Below are positions 10,029 through 19,401 of a DNA stretch of 64,000 nucleotides, one piece after another. Position numbers and translations under genes: made by a program. The notes under the pieces were generated by a model, which was given only the letters and a program-made list of their open reading frames with translations, made no database searches and was not told the DNA's origin. Origin of the DNA: Thermodesulfobacteriota bacterium (GTDB lineage: Bacteria; Desulfobacterota; Desulfobacteria; Desulfobacterales; SURF-7); assembly GCA_049320885.1 (NCBI GenBank), contig JBMORA010000048.1, forward strand, positions 11,396-75,395. Direction: 5' to 3'. Numbering within the stretch: position 1 is the first letter of the stretch; each line of letters opens with the position of its first letter.

Positions 10029-12197
10029 ATGAACTGGCTGATCAGATTGGTATCCGGCAGTTTGGGACGCAAAATTCTCTTCGGGTTTTTATCGTCGCTT
10101 TTCCCCATGCTGGCCATCGTCGGGGCCACCTATTTTCCTGTCCGGGCCAGAACGGTCGAAAACAATGCACGGATTATGAAACTGATCATCAAAGGCAGCG
10201 CCGATGAAATGAATGGATTCATCGAAGCCCAGGAAAACCAGTTTGCTAAATGGACAGCCGAGGATATTTACGGGATGGCCATCGAATTCAATACGGTTAT
10301 GGAAATCAGCAGCCATTTCCAAACCATGCTGGACGGTCAAACCGGATTTGTATTGATGCTGCTTGCCGACAAGGACGGCAAGGTCATCGAGGCCGTCTCC
10401 GGCGGGTCCGCCAAGGGACAAAAAACCGAGGGGATCAAGGGCCAAACCATTGAGGGCCTGGCCGTTCAGACAGACATGCCCGACCGCAGCGCCGTGGCGG
10501 TGGCCACCGATTTCATGCGCCGGATCGGCCGGCGGTCTGATTTTACCTATGTTTTCAGACTCAAAACCAAGGATTCGAGCGGCAAGCCCAATGGCTTTTT
10601 CCTGGCGTATATGGACTGGTCGAATCTGTATCAATTCACCAGAACGGTTACGCTTGCGATGCAGGCAAACGGTTTTTCCAATGCCCGCGTGGCGGTCCTG
10701 GATGTGGTTTCCGGAACCGCTGTTGCCCATTCAAATGAGGATTGGATTGACAAGCGCCTGGAACTCGGTTCCGAGCTGAACGCCTGGCTGAATGCGAATC
10801 AAAGCGGCGATTTCCGGGTAATCAATACCGACGCCGGGGATGAATTTGTCGGCGGCATACCCCTGCGGAGAGCGGGGAGCCTCTTTCAAGAAAAAACGGT
10901 TGCCAAGGAACAAGCTCGTTTGATGGTATCCGCTTTCGTGCCGGTGGCCGATGTTGTCAGCGTTCTGAACAGAATTCTGTGGGCGTCCATCGGCATTGCC
11001 ATTGCGGGCTGCCTGTTGGTCATTCTGATCGGTTATTTCATCGCGCGTTCCATCACCAGGCCCATCGGTAAAGCACTGGCATTGGCTCAGGGCATCAGCA
11101 CCGGCGACCTTTCCCAGCGGCTCGGCATGAAACAGGCGGATGAAATCGGTCATCTGGCCCGTGCGTTGGACATCATGGCCGACGGCCTGGAAGAAAAAGC
11201 GAAACTGGCCGATCAAATCGCTTCCGGCGATCTGACGCGCGATGTGACCATTCTGTCCGACAAGGATACCCTCGGTCAGGCCCTGCATACCATGATGCGC
11301 AACGTAAGCGGGATCGTCGCGGAACTGCAGGCCGCCGGCGACCAGGTGGATACCGGCGCCCGGCAAGTGGCGACTTCCAGTCAATCCCTGTCTCAAGGAG
11401 CCACCGAGCAGGCATCGGCCATCGAGGAAATCACCAGCACCATGACGGAAATCGGCTCCCAGACCAAAACCAATGCCGAAAACGCCACCCAGGCCGATCG
11501 GTTGGCCGCGGATGTCAAAAACACCGGCAATCACGGCGCTGAACAAATGACCGAAATGATCAAGGCCATGGCTGCCATCAGCGATTCCAGCTCGCAAATT
11601 TCGAAGATCATCAAAACCATCGACGGCATTGCTTTCCAGACCAATCTGCTGGCCTTGAACGCCGCCGTGGAAGCCGCACGGGCCGGAAAGCACGGCAAGG
11701 GGTTCGCGGTTGTGGCCCAGGAAGTCCGCTCGCTGGCCTCCCGCAGCGCCAAAGCCGCCCAGGAGACCGCCGAATTGATCGAAGGCTCCATGCAACGAGT
11801 AGCCAACGGCAGCGCCATAGCCGAACGAACGGCAAAAGCGCTGGAGGAAATGAACCGCGGCATCGGCAAGGTGGCGGATCTCATCGCTGAGATCACCACC
11901 GCCAGCAATGAACAGGCCCAGGGAATTTCCCAGATTTCTCATGGATTGAACCAGGTTGACGGCGTCACCCAGCAGAATACCGCCAATGCCGAAGAGACCT
12001 CCTCGGCCGCCGAAGAGCTTTCGTCACAAGCCGAGTCCATGCGTCGGCTGCTGGTTCGATTCAAACTGAAGACGGGAACCGGGGCCACCGCATCCGCCGA
12101 GCCTTCACCCCAAGCATGGGCCGGTAGGACCGGATCGCGGCTCCTGCATATCAGCGGTCCCCAAAAACGGATTGCCATGGATGGCATCGAAAAATGA
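10029..12197 (+). CDS. Methyl-accepting chemotaxis protein (periplasmic sensor, HAMP, MCP signal domain)
   Basis: Two TMs, HAMP (GDLSQRL...DEIGHLARA), [40 protein letters not shown]. Confidence 0.93.
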   Translation: MNWLIRLVSGSLGRKILFGFLSSLFPMLAIVGATYFPVRARTVENNARIMKLIIKGSADEMNGFIEAQENQFAKWTAEDIYGMAIEFNTVMEISSHFQTMLDGQTGFVLMLLADKDGKVIEAVSGGSAKGQKTEGIKGQTIEGLAVQTDMPDRSAVAVATDFMRRIGRRSDFTYVFRLKTKDSSGKPNGFFLAYMDWSNLYQFTRTVTLAMQANGFSNARVAVLDVVSGTAVAHSNEDWIDKRLELGSELNAWLNANQSGDFRVINTDAGDEFVGGIPLRRAGSLFQEKTVAKEQARLMVSAFVPVADVVSVLNRILWASIGIAIAGCLLVILIGYFIARSITRPIGKALALAQGISTGDLSQRLGMKQADEIGHLARALDIMADGLEEKAKLADQIASGDLTRDVTILSDKDTLGQALHTMMRNVSGIVAELQAAGDQVDTGARQVATSSQSLSQGATEQASAIEEITSTMTEIGSQTKTNAENATQADRLAADVKNTGNHGAEQMTEMIKAMAAISDSSSQISKIIKTIDGIAFQTNLLALNAAVEAARAGKHGKGFAVVAQEVRSLASRSAKAAQETAELIEGSMQRVANGSAIAERTAKALEEMNRGIGKVADLIAEITTASNEQAQGISQISHGLNQVDGVTQQNTANAEETSSAAEELSSQAESMRRLLVRFKLKTGTGATASAEPSPQAWAGRTGSRLLHISGPQKRIAMDGIEK

Positions 12198-12500
12198 TAC
12201 GTGTCATGAACAGAACAGCAACAATGCCTGGATCACCCCGTAACCCGAGAAATCCGATCCTGAATAAAAAACTCCCGCCGGTTTCGCTACGAACAGCGCT
12301 GGCGAAACATTGGTTCTGAGCCCTTTCGCAAAGGTCCGTCCTGGACATTGGACGTTATGTCGCTGGCGCATTCCTTCGTATTACCTGCAGATTATTTCCT
12401 GGCCAAAACCTGTAAATGCCGATACAATATTGATTCTGCGCAACGAATCAGGAGCGGGTCGGCGGCGTTGCGTATCACCGGCTTAAGATCAGGAGGTATT

Positions 12501-13151
12501 TTGTCTTCGTTGCGCGTTCGTTATCAAACCATCGAGTTCGGTGAGGTCGACATTCATGTCCGGACATTGAGAGATCGATATCAATATCTGGATGTTGACG
12601 GTATCGCCGAAAAAGCTGGCATTTTTTCCGCATCATGGCCGCTGTTCGGGGTCGTCTGGGCTTCGGGAAAGATCCTGGCCCACCTCATGCTGGATTATGA
12701 GATTGCCGGCAGGCGAATCCTGGAAGTCGGCTGCGGCATCGCATTGGCAAGCCTGGTGTTGAACCACCGGCGGGCGGATATCACCGCCACGGACCACCAC
12801 CCTGAGGCGGAACGTTTTCTGCTGGAAAATGTCAAGCTCAACCAGGGGAATACAATACCCTTCGTCCGCACAGGATGGGGAGATGCGGTCAGCAGCCTGA
12901 GTGATTTCGATCTCATTATCGGAAGCGATTTGCTGTATGAGAGGGGTCATGCTGACATGCTCGCGGGCTTTATCGACCAGCATGCCAGGCCGCATTGCGA
13001 AGTAATCCTCGTCGATCCGGGACGGGGCCAGCAAGCGCGCTTCACCAAAAAAATGACGGGCCTCGGCTATTCCTACTACCAGCAAAAACCTGCCGCAACA
13101 AACCTTTCGGCAGAGCCGTTTTTAGGTCGGATTTTGCGCTACACCCGATAG
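12501..13151 (+). CDS. SAM-dependent methyltransferase, lysine-methyltransferase-like (METTL21/Methyltransf_16)
   Basis: TTG start after AGGAGG; WPLFGVVWASGKILA, ILEVGCGIAL, FDLIIGSDLLYE. Confidence 0.8.
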   Translation: MSSLRVRYQTIEFGEVDIHVRTLRDRYQYLDVDGIAEKAGIFSASWPLFGVVWASGKILAHLMLDYEIAGRRILEVGCGIALASLVLNHRRADITATDHHPEAERFLLENVKLNQGNTIPFVRTGWGDAVSSLSDFDLIIGSDLLYERGHADMLAGFIDQHARPHCEVILVDPGRGQQARFTKKMTGLGYSYYQQKPAATNLSAEPFLGRILRYTR

Positions 13152-13215
13152 AGAAACGTCAGCTGGATTTATCACATTTTTTTCATAGTTCGACTAGGTA
13201 GATTCCCTCCCAAGT

Positions 13216-13348
13216 TGTGAAAAAAAATTAACAATTATCAGCCAATTGTCTAGAAAACAACAGGTCGGATATCATGTTTATATAATTGTATTTCATATAG
13301 TTGCCATGCTTATATCCCTCGCATCACATTTTTAGCATAATTTTTGCT
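13216..13348 (+). promoter_or_regulatory. Possible bEBP enhancer plus sigma54-like promoter of the PEP-CTERM gene
   Basis: TGT-N12-ACA at 13216-13233; TAGCAT-AATTT-TTGCT at 13333-13348 has -24/-12 spacing but one -24 G is replaced by A. Confidence 0.4.
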
Positions 13349-13416
13349 TAATGATAGCCCATATCGTCTCGCCCATTTTTCGCCAAAACCCTAAAAATTA
13401 TGGAGGAGGAAAGCCA

Positions 13417-14049
13417 ATGAGAACTATTGCCATTTTCTTTTGCAGCTTCCTGCTGGTTTTTGGTTTGACCGGCACAGCAGCCGCCTACCCGATCAACTCA
13501 GCCGCCGATGCGGCCCTGGCTGGCTCAACCGTCATTGATTTTGAAGACCAAATTTTAGGAACATACGCGTCCATCACCATCGGCAATGTGAGCTTCACAG
13601 CGGTCAATAACCATCTAAACATCGATAATGTTTATCAGATGTATAACCAATCCGGAATATATCTGGACAATGGAACCTATTCCAACGAAGGTTTTGGTGT
13701 CTTGCGCATGGACTTCGCTTCCGCGACAAACGCTTTTGGTTTCACATGGGGCATGGCCGAACCCTTTGCAACCTGGGTCCTCACTGCCTATGATGCCGGA
13801 AACAACATTCTGGAAAGCCGAAATCTGCCGTCAACTGGCGCTTCCTCAGCCGGCGAGTTCTTCGGATTGGCCGCCAATAACATCTCATACGCAACATTGG
13901 CCTGGAACGGCAGTTATGACTGGGTGGCAATAGACAATTTCACCTTTACCGAAACCGCCGCCGCCGTCCCTGAACCGGCGACCATGCTCCTTTTCGGCGC
14001 GGGAATGATCGGTCTCGTCACGACATCGCGAAAAAAATGTAAAAAATAG
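13417..14049 (+). CDS. PEP-CTERM sorting-domain surface protein
   Basis: RBS GGAGGAGG; signal peptide; C-terminal VPEPATMLLFGAGMIGLVTTSRKK. Confidence 0.93.
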   Translation: MRTIAIFFCSFLLVFGLTGTAAAYPINSAADAALAGSTVIDFEDQILGTYASITIGNVSFTAVNNHLNIDNVYQMYNQSGIYLDNGTYSNEGFGVLRMDFASATNAFGFTWGMAEPFATWVLTAYDAGNNILESRNLPSTGASSAGEFFGLAANNISYATLAWNGSYDWVAIDNFTFTETAAAVPEPATMLLFGAGMIGLVTTSRKKCKK

Positions 14050-14099
14050 TGCTAAAAAATGGGCGGGCCCGGATGCGTCCGGCAATTTATGGTGCCATC

Positions 14100-14129
14100 A
14101 AAAAAGGCCCGGCGGTATCCGCCGGGCCT
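14100..14129 (-). terminator. Rho-independent terminator
   Basis: Stem AGGCCCGGCGG-TAT-CCGCCGGGCCT followed on the minus strand by a T run. Confidence 0.75.
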
Positions 14130-14155
14130 GAAAGCCGGACCATTCGGCGGCGATG

Positions 14156-14304
14156 TCATCCACAGAGGCTGCATGCTGCAGACATTTTTCGCAGCGTTCA
14201 TTGCGGTCCTTGATCTCCACCTCTTCCTCAATATTCCAGAATTTCTGAATACAGCTGCTGATGCAGAACTGCTCTTGGGAAGTAATGGGTTTTTTCTTCG
14301 CGGA
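14156..14304 (-). pseudogene. Possible remnant of a small Cys-rich protein
   Basis: Start-less frame SAKKKPITSQEQFCISSCIQKFWNIEEEVEIKDRNERCEKCLQ, with CSLCG* continuing after a 1-nt frameshift. Confidence 0.3.
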
Positions 14305-15150
14305 TTACTCCGTCCGACGCGCGCTGACCAGGGAAGCCGCGGTCACCGCCAGCACAATGATGCCGCCGCCGATGAGTGAATGAGCCCCCGGCGTTTCGCC
14401 GATGGCGAGAAACACCCACACAGGATTGAACACCGGCTCGATAACGGCGATGAGATTCGCCGAAACCGCGGAAACCCGCTTGATCGCAATGGAAAAGAGA
14501 ATCGCGGACAGACCGATCTGTATAACGCCCAGCACCGCGATGGCGGAGAGGGACTGCAGGGTCAGTTGCGGCACCGGCAGAAACAACGATATGATCAGGC
14601 ATATTCCCGCCGTGAGCCAATGGGACAGCAGGATGGATTCCAGCGGTGAACCGTCCTTCTGCAGACGCATGAACACGAAGTAAAAACTGAAGGTGATCGC
14701 CGATAGGATTCCGAGCACATTGCCGAACCATTTTCCACCGCCCAGTTCGTCAAAAAACATGACGATCATACCGACCAAAATGATTGGAAACGCGACGAAA
14801 TGTTCAATCCTCGTGCGTTCCTTCAATACCACGGCGCTAATCAGGGCGGTCATCACCGGCGCGATATATTGAAGAAGGATCGCATTGGCCGCGGTGGTGG
14901 TCTTATTGGCCGAGACGAACAGCAGCATGGTGGCGGCATTGGCCATGGCCGCAGCCGTCTGGGGAAAAGAAAAATGGATATGGGGCCGCCTCAGATAACC
15001 AAGGATCACCATGGACGCAATGAGACTGCGCATTCCTGCTATCGCTATGGGGTTCCAGTCGATGATCTTGATGAACAACCCGGCGATGCTCCAGAGAAAC
15101 GCCGTGGCCGCCATGGCCAGAACGCCGGCTTTTTTATTCAGATGTTTCAT
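14305..15150 (-). CDS. DMT/EamA-family transporter
   Basis: About 10 TMs; FLWSIAGLFIK, ANKTTTAANAILLQY, IEPVFNPVWVFL; start could be 15162. Confidence 0.9.
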   Translation of the reverse strand: MKHLNKKAGVLAMAATAFLWSIAGLFIKIIDWNPIAIAGMRSLIASMVILGYLRRPHIHFSFPQTAAAMANAATMLLFVSANKTTTAANAILLQYIAPVMTALISAVVLKERTRIEHFVAFPIILVGMIVMFFDELGGGKWFGNVLGILSAITFSFYFVFMRLQKDGSPLESILLSHWLTAGICLIISLFLPVPQLTLQSLSAIAVLGVIQIGLSAILFSIAIKRVSAVSANLIAVIEPVFNPVWVFLAIGETPGAHSLIGGGIIVLAVTAASLVSARRTE

Positions 15151-15377
15151 TTTCCGAACCAAATCCTTCCCGCTTAACTATCCTGGGTGATTCATAAGCA
15201 TAAATAGGAAACAAGAACAATAGGTCATTCGATTTTTTACTATTGATCTTTTCCACCGGGTTCATTACTCTCGGTCCGGACAACGATTTGTTCGAGCCGG
15301 AATATTGTTCCGTTCCATTCCCGAAGCGGCAATGTCGCCGATTGGGAAAAATTCCAACCACTTCATCAGGAACCGAC

Positions 15378-15983
15378 ATGAAACTTCTCACGTTCAGCGA
15401 CGTCCATTGCAGCGAGAAACACTGCACCGAATTGGTGAAGATGTCCGTTTCCGTGGACATGGTTATCGCCGCCGGCGATCTTGCTCTGGTTCGAAAAAAC
15501 CTGGGGGAGACGATCCGCATACTGGCGGCCATTCAAAAACCCACGGTTCTGGTTCCCGGAAACAGTGAAAGCCTGGAAGAACTTCTGGAAGCCTGCAGCG
15601 GCTGGACCAATGCGCACGTGCTGCACGGCAGCGGCATCGAGTTGATGGGGCGCTCGTTTTTCGGGATCGGCGGCGGCATTCCCGTCACCCCGTTCGGGTC
15701 ATGGAGTTATGACTTCACCGAAGACGAAGCGACACAACTGCTTTCCACCTGCCCCCGCAACGCCATTCTGGTGACCCATTCACCGCCCAAGGGAGTGGTG
15801 GATGTCTCTTCCGGGGGGCAGCATTTCGGAAGTCTTGCCATCCGGCAGGCGATCCTGGACAAGAGCCCGCTTCTGTGTGTGTGCGGTCATATTCATGAAA
15901 GCGCCGGCAAGTGTGAACGGCTAGGAGATACGCCGGTGATCAACGCCGGTCCCAAGGGCTTCATCCATGAAATCCCGGACTGA
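15378..15983 (+). CDS. Metallophosphoesterase (calcineurin-like)
   Basis: FSDVH, AAGDL, VPGNSE, VTHSPP, CGHIHE motifs. Confidence 0.88.
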   Translation: MKLLTFSDVHCSEKHCTELVKMSVSVDMVIAAGDLALVRKNLGETIRILAAIQKPTVLVPGNSESLEELLEACSGWTNAHVLHGSGIELMGRSFFGIGGGIPVTPFGSWSYDFTEDEATQLLSTCPRNAILVTHSPPKGVVDVSSGGQHFGSLAIRQAILDKSPLLCVCGHIHESAGKCERLGDTPVINAGPKGFIHEIPD

Positions 15984-16034
15984 ATCCGGGATCCCTGACA
16001 GGTCAGGGCCGGCGCCGGACGGTAACCGGACAAG

Positions 16035-16454
16035 TTACGGCGCGGTGGCATCCTTCTCCTCGATCCGGTAGGTATGGCCGACGGTGGCGTTCAGGGAGGC
16101 CACGGCGCTGCAGTACTTCGTGGCCGACAGGGAAATGGCTTGTTCCACGGCCTTGGGCTTCACTCCCCTGCCGGTGATCACGTATTCGATATCCACGTGA
16201 CGGAAGCGTTTGGGATAGTCTCCGGCCTGTTCCCCTTGGATATTGACCCGGACGGAGGTGAAGACGGCTCGTTTTTTCTTGAGAATGGAAACGATATCCA
16301 TGGCCGTGCAGCCTGCCACGGCCATCAACATCAGTTCCATGGGCGAAGGGCCGCTGCCGCCTTCATGATCGTCCAGGATCACGGCGGGTCCGGTACCGGA
16401 CCGGCCGACAAACTGCATGGCCGACACCCAGTTCACTTGGGCTTGAATGGTCAT
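16035..16454 (-). CDS. OsmC/YhfA-family protein
   Basis: GPSPMELMLMAVAGCTAMD...KYCSAVASL. Confidence 0.9.
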   Translation of the reverse strand: MTIQAQVNWVSAMQFVGRSGTGPAVILDDHEGGSGPSPMELMLMAVAGCTAMDIVSILKKKRAVFTSVRVNIQGEQAGDYPKRFRHVDIEYVITGRGVKPKAVEQAISLSATKYCSAVASLNATVGHTYRIEEKDATAP

Positions 16455-17116
16455 TACGACAATTCCTTTCTGAAGTCATCATCCTTCCGGCAAAGCCGGA
16501 GGCTTGGAATGGTTTCTTCCGGATCAGCCGGCGAACCGGAATTTTGGCTGCTGGTGAATTCGTCATACAATTCCCGCAATCCAAGCCGGATATTGCCATT
16601 GTACTTCCGATACAACCGCCGGATTCTTTCCGCCGGCAGAGCACCGGAAACGCCCAGCAGGCGGTCCACCAGCAAGGACAGCAACTCCGGCGATGTCCGC
16701 GTGAAAACCAGAACCGGAAGCCAACCAAGACCATGCGAGGTAACCACCACCGCTCCGGCACGGCGGAGATGAAACCTCAGGCGCATCCGGGAAAACCGGG
16801 AAAGCTGTTCCACGCCGTCGATCAGAAAAGCGGCTGCCGTCGGCTTCTCCCGCCTGATCTTCCGGATCATCTTCCCTGTGAGGCTCCGGCGCTGCCGATC
16901 AAAGCGCAGGTTCACGACCCGATAGCCGGCCTTTTCCAATTGACGGCCCAACTCCGCCAGCAAGGTGGTTTTTCCACTGCCTTCAGGCCCGACAATGGCG
17001 GCACGGCAATTCAAGGCGGCAAGGCGCAGCAGCAGTTCCTCCCGATTCGTATCCATGAAATGATACGGCAGGCTGTCGATACATCCGCTGGAAAAAGGGT
17101 TATTGCGGGCGTTCAT
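16454..17116 (-). CDS. Small P-loop ATPase
   Basis: NPF N-terminal motif, Walker A GPEGSGKTT, Walker B FLIDGVEQL, GNIRLGLRELYD. Confidence 0.75.
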   Translation of the reverse strand: MNARNNPFSSGCIDSLPYHFMDTNREELLLRLAALNCRAAIVGPEGSGKTTLLAELGRQLEKAGYRVVNLRFDRQRRSLTGKMIRKIRREKPTAAAFLIDGVEQLSRFSRMRLRFHLRRAGAVVVTSHGLGWLPVLVFTRTSPELLSLLVDRLLGVSGALPAERIRRLYRKYNGNIRLGLRELYDEFTSSQNSGSPADPEETIPSLRLCRKDDDFRKELS

Positions 17117-17495
17117 GTTCGGGAAGCGGATCACCGGCAAGCCGGACAGCAGAATCATGGGGCGAGACGACGATTTCCTGTTGAACAGCCTGCTGGATTC
17201 CCTCACCTCCCAATTCAAGCGCCCAAATCAATGCGATCAGGTTTCCGGTGAAGCTGTAGGGCCTTTCCGGCAGACGCAACCGGAAAGGCCGCCGTTCCCG
17301 GGCACGGGGTGCATCAAAAAGGAGTTCCTCCACCACGGCCAGATCCTGGGTGCCCTTTCCCCGGGTATACCAGAACAAACGCAGAAACATGTTTTTCGGC
17401 GTCTCGGCCAGATCCCAGGAAACATGTCCCGTCATCGTCTCCCCGGGCCGATAAACCGTTTTCCCGTCAGCGGGTTCTATGGATAATGGATTCAT
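17100..17495 (-). CDS. Hypothetical protein, arrestin/SpoOM-like beta-sandwich
   Basis: VYRPGETMTGHVSW...LRLFWYTRGKG...FRLRLPERPYSFTG...IWALEL pattern; overlaps downstream ATPase. Confidence 0.55.
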   Translation of the reverse strand: MNPLSIEPADGKTVYRPGETMTGHVSWDLAETPKNMFLRLFWYTRGKGTQDLAVVEELLFDAPRARERRPFRLRLPERPYSFTGNLIALIWALELGGEGIQQAVQQEIVVSPHDSAVRLAGDPLPEHERPQ

Positions 17496-17499
17496 GGAA

Positions 17500-19197
17500 T
17501 CACCGTCCGATCTCCATGGGTTGAACCTCCATTTCAAAATCCTCCTGGGTGTCCGGCCATCTGGGGATATCGTAATGCAGGCTGATTTTCCAGATGATGG
17601 CGTTGTGCTCGCTCTTGAAGGAATGCATGCTGTCGGCTGGAATGACAAAAGACAGCTCCCCGCTCCGAATGGTCGCCGGATTTTCGGAGGCGATCAAATC
17701 CTGCCGATAAAACTCGCGCTTATCCGTGCAGGAATCGGTCCCGCGGCGATAGGTGGCGGATTCCTCACCGGTCAGCACGAGACGGAACCGATGGATTGCT
17801 GTCACACGGCCTTCCGTCCGCCATCGCAGACCGATACGCTCGCCAAGGCGTACTCCGTCGTCGAGGAGCATGATCTGGGGCCGCGGATTGAAGAATGCCA
17901 GCAGATAATAGAAAACGCTGAAAAACAGAACCGCGCCGATGAGAACAAACGGAATCAAAAAAAGGCTTAAAAACAGATCCGGGTTTCCCGAGCGCCAACC
18001 CTGGATTGCCTGGAAGACAAAAACGGATACGATCCCGTTCCAGAAGAGAGCAATGAAGAGGGTGACAAGGATTTTTCCGGCTGGAGACGTGCGAGGTCTG
18101 AGGACCAGGGGACCTGATTTCAGCCCCCATTTCCCGTTGGTATTGCCGGCTGAGTCCTGGGCCGTGTTCCGCCGGCCGGGTTCCGAATCCGCGGGTCTGC
18201 GGATGAAATATAACGTGCCGAACAGCCCCACGGCCATGAAAACAACCGGCACTAGTACCAACAGGGCTTCAAGCCCGAGTTCTCTTTTCAGGACCGCTTC
18301 GGCCGGATTGCCCGGATTCACGTAACAGACGGCGGCGCTACCCGGCGGATAGCGTCTCACCACCTCGGCTTTGGAGTCGTATCCACCGGATGACCCGCCG
18401 ATGAATTTATACCGGCTCGAACGGTATGCCTTTCCTTGATAAGAGTAGGAATAGACGATATCCACGCTGTAGGTGGTGCCGTCATCGCTGTCATGGCTTC
18501 TGACCCGGCTGGACTGAATCGTGCAATCCGTCGCCGGCCAGTCTTCGGAATCAATGGATTGAATCACGGCCGGCAGAAAAACGAAATACCCCAAGGCAGC
18601 CCCGGCTGCGAAAAAAACAAGGAAAAACGCCGTCGTGACCGGACGGGTAAAACGGTTTTTCCGCGATGCGGTTGTCAGGGAATACGTCTTTGTCCTGGGG
18701 CCGGAAAACCGCCAGGTCGAATAGATGATCCCTCCCCCGACAATGACAAAAATCAGGGGCAGTAAAACCAGCAGGCCGGTGAGCAGACTTTTCTGTTCCA
18801 GCGCGGACTGGGACGGATCCAACGGATCGACGTAGCACTCCGCCTCCTGCCCCACGGGATATCGCCCGGCGAAGGCGTCGGCCTCGTCAACGGTATTTTC
18901 CGTCACAGCCCCGGCTCCTGGATTGATCCGGTCCGAATGATACGTGATTCCCCGGTGGATATACCGGTAAGCGATCCGGGCCGCGTAGCCTTCGTCATCG
19001 GCGTTGACACTGCTTTCCGTGATGACGCAGGGCGTCCGGGTCCAGCTGCCGGCCTGAAACGAACGGTAGGTGTCGAACAACACTATCCCGCTGAATATCA
19101 GCCCCATTATCAGAAAAACCAGTCCGAACAAGGTGAGACCGATTTTCCCGGTTACCGTACCGGAAGTTCCGGAAGAAGAAAACGTGAATCTGGACAT
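17500..19197 (-). CDS. Membrane protein with two DUF3592 domains and a C-terminal soluble arrestin-like domain
   Basis: Two repeats of W..T.C.I..S...Y...I.Y.Y...G..Y.S...YP.G....CYV.P..P..(A/S)(A/V)L flanked by TMs; FWNGIVSVF. Confidence 0.75.
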   Translation of the reverse strand: MSRFTFSSSGTSGTVTGKIGLTLFGLVFLIMGLIFSGIVLFDTYRSFQAGSWTRTPCVITESSVNADDEGYAARIAYRYIHRGITYHSDRINPGAGAVTENTVDEADAFAGRYPVGQEAECYVDPLDPSQSALEQKSLLTGLLVLLPLIFVIVGGGIIYSTWRFSGPRTKTYSLTTASRKNRFTRPVTTAFFLVFFAAGAALGYFVFLPAVIQSIDSEDWPATDCTIQSSRVRSHDSDDGTTYSVDIVYSYSYQGKAYRSSRYKFIGGSSGGYDSKAEVVRRYPPGSAAVCYVNPGNPAEAVLKRELGLEALLVLVPVVFMAVGLFGTLYFIRRPADSEPGRRNTAQDSAGNTNGKWGLKSGPLVLRPRTSPAGKILVTLFIALFWNGIVSVFVFQAIQGWRSGNPDLFLSLFLIPFVLIGAVLFFSVFYYLLAFFNPRPQIMLLDDGVRLGERIGLRWRTEGRVTAIHRFRLVLTGEESATYRRGTDSCTDKREFYRQDLIASENPATIRSGELSFVIPADSMHSFKSEHNAIIWKISLHYDIPRWPDTQEDFEMEVQPMEIGR

Positions 19198-19401
19198 GAC
19201 GTTCAGCCGCCCGCATGGGGTAACGATAATGGTTCGGATGCTTCCACAGCGGACCTCACCATACCATCAATTCCGGCGATACTCAAGTTCCTGGCGATAA
19301 TGATTCCTGGCGATAATGATTGCGTCCGCGCCTGTTTGCTTATATAGATACATGGCATCCCATTCCCGATCCGAAACCATATAACGAGAAAGCTGGCGCA
19401 G

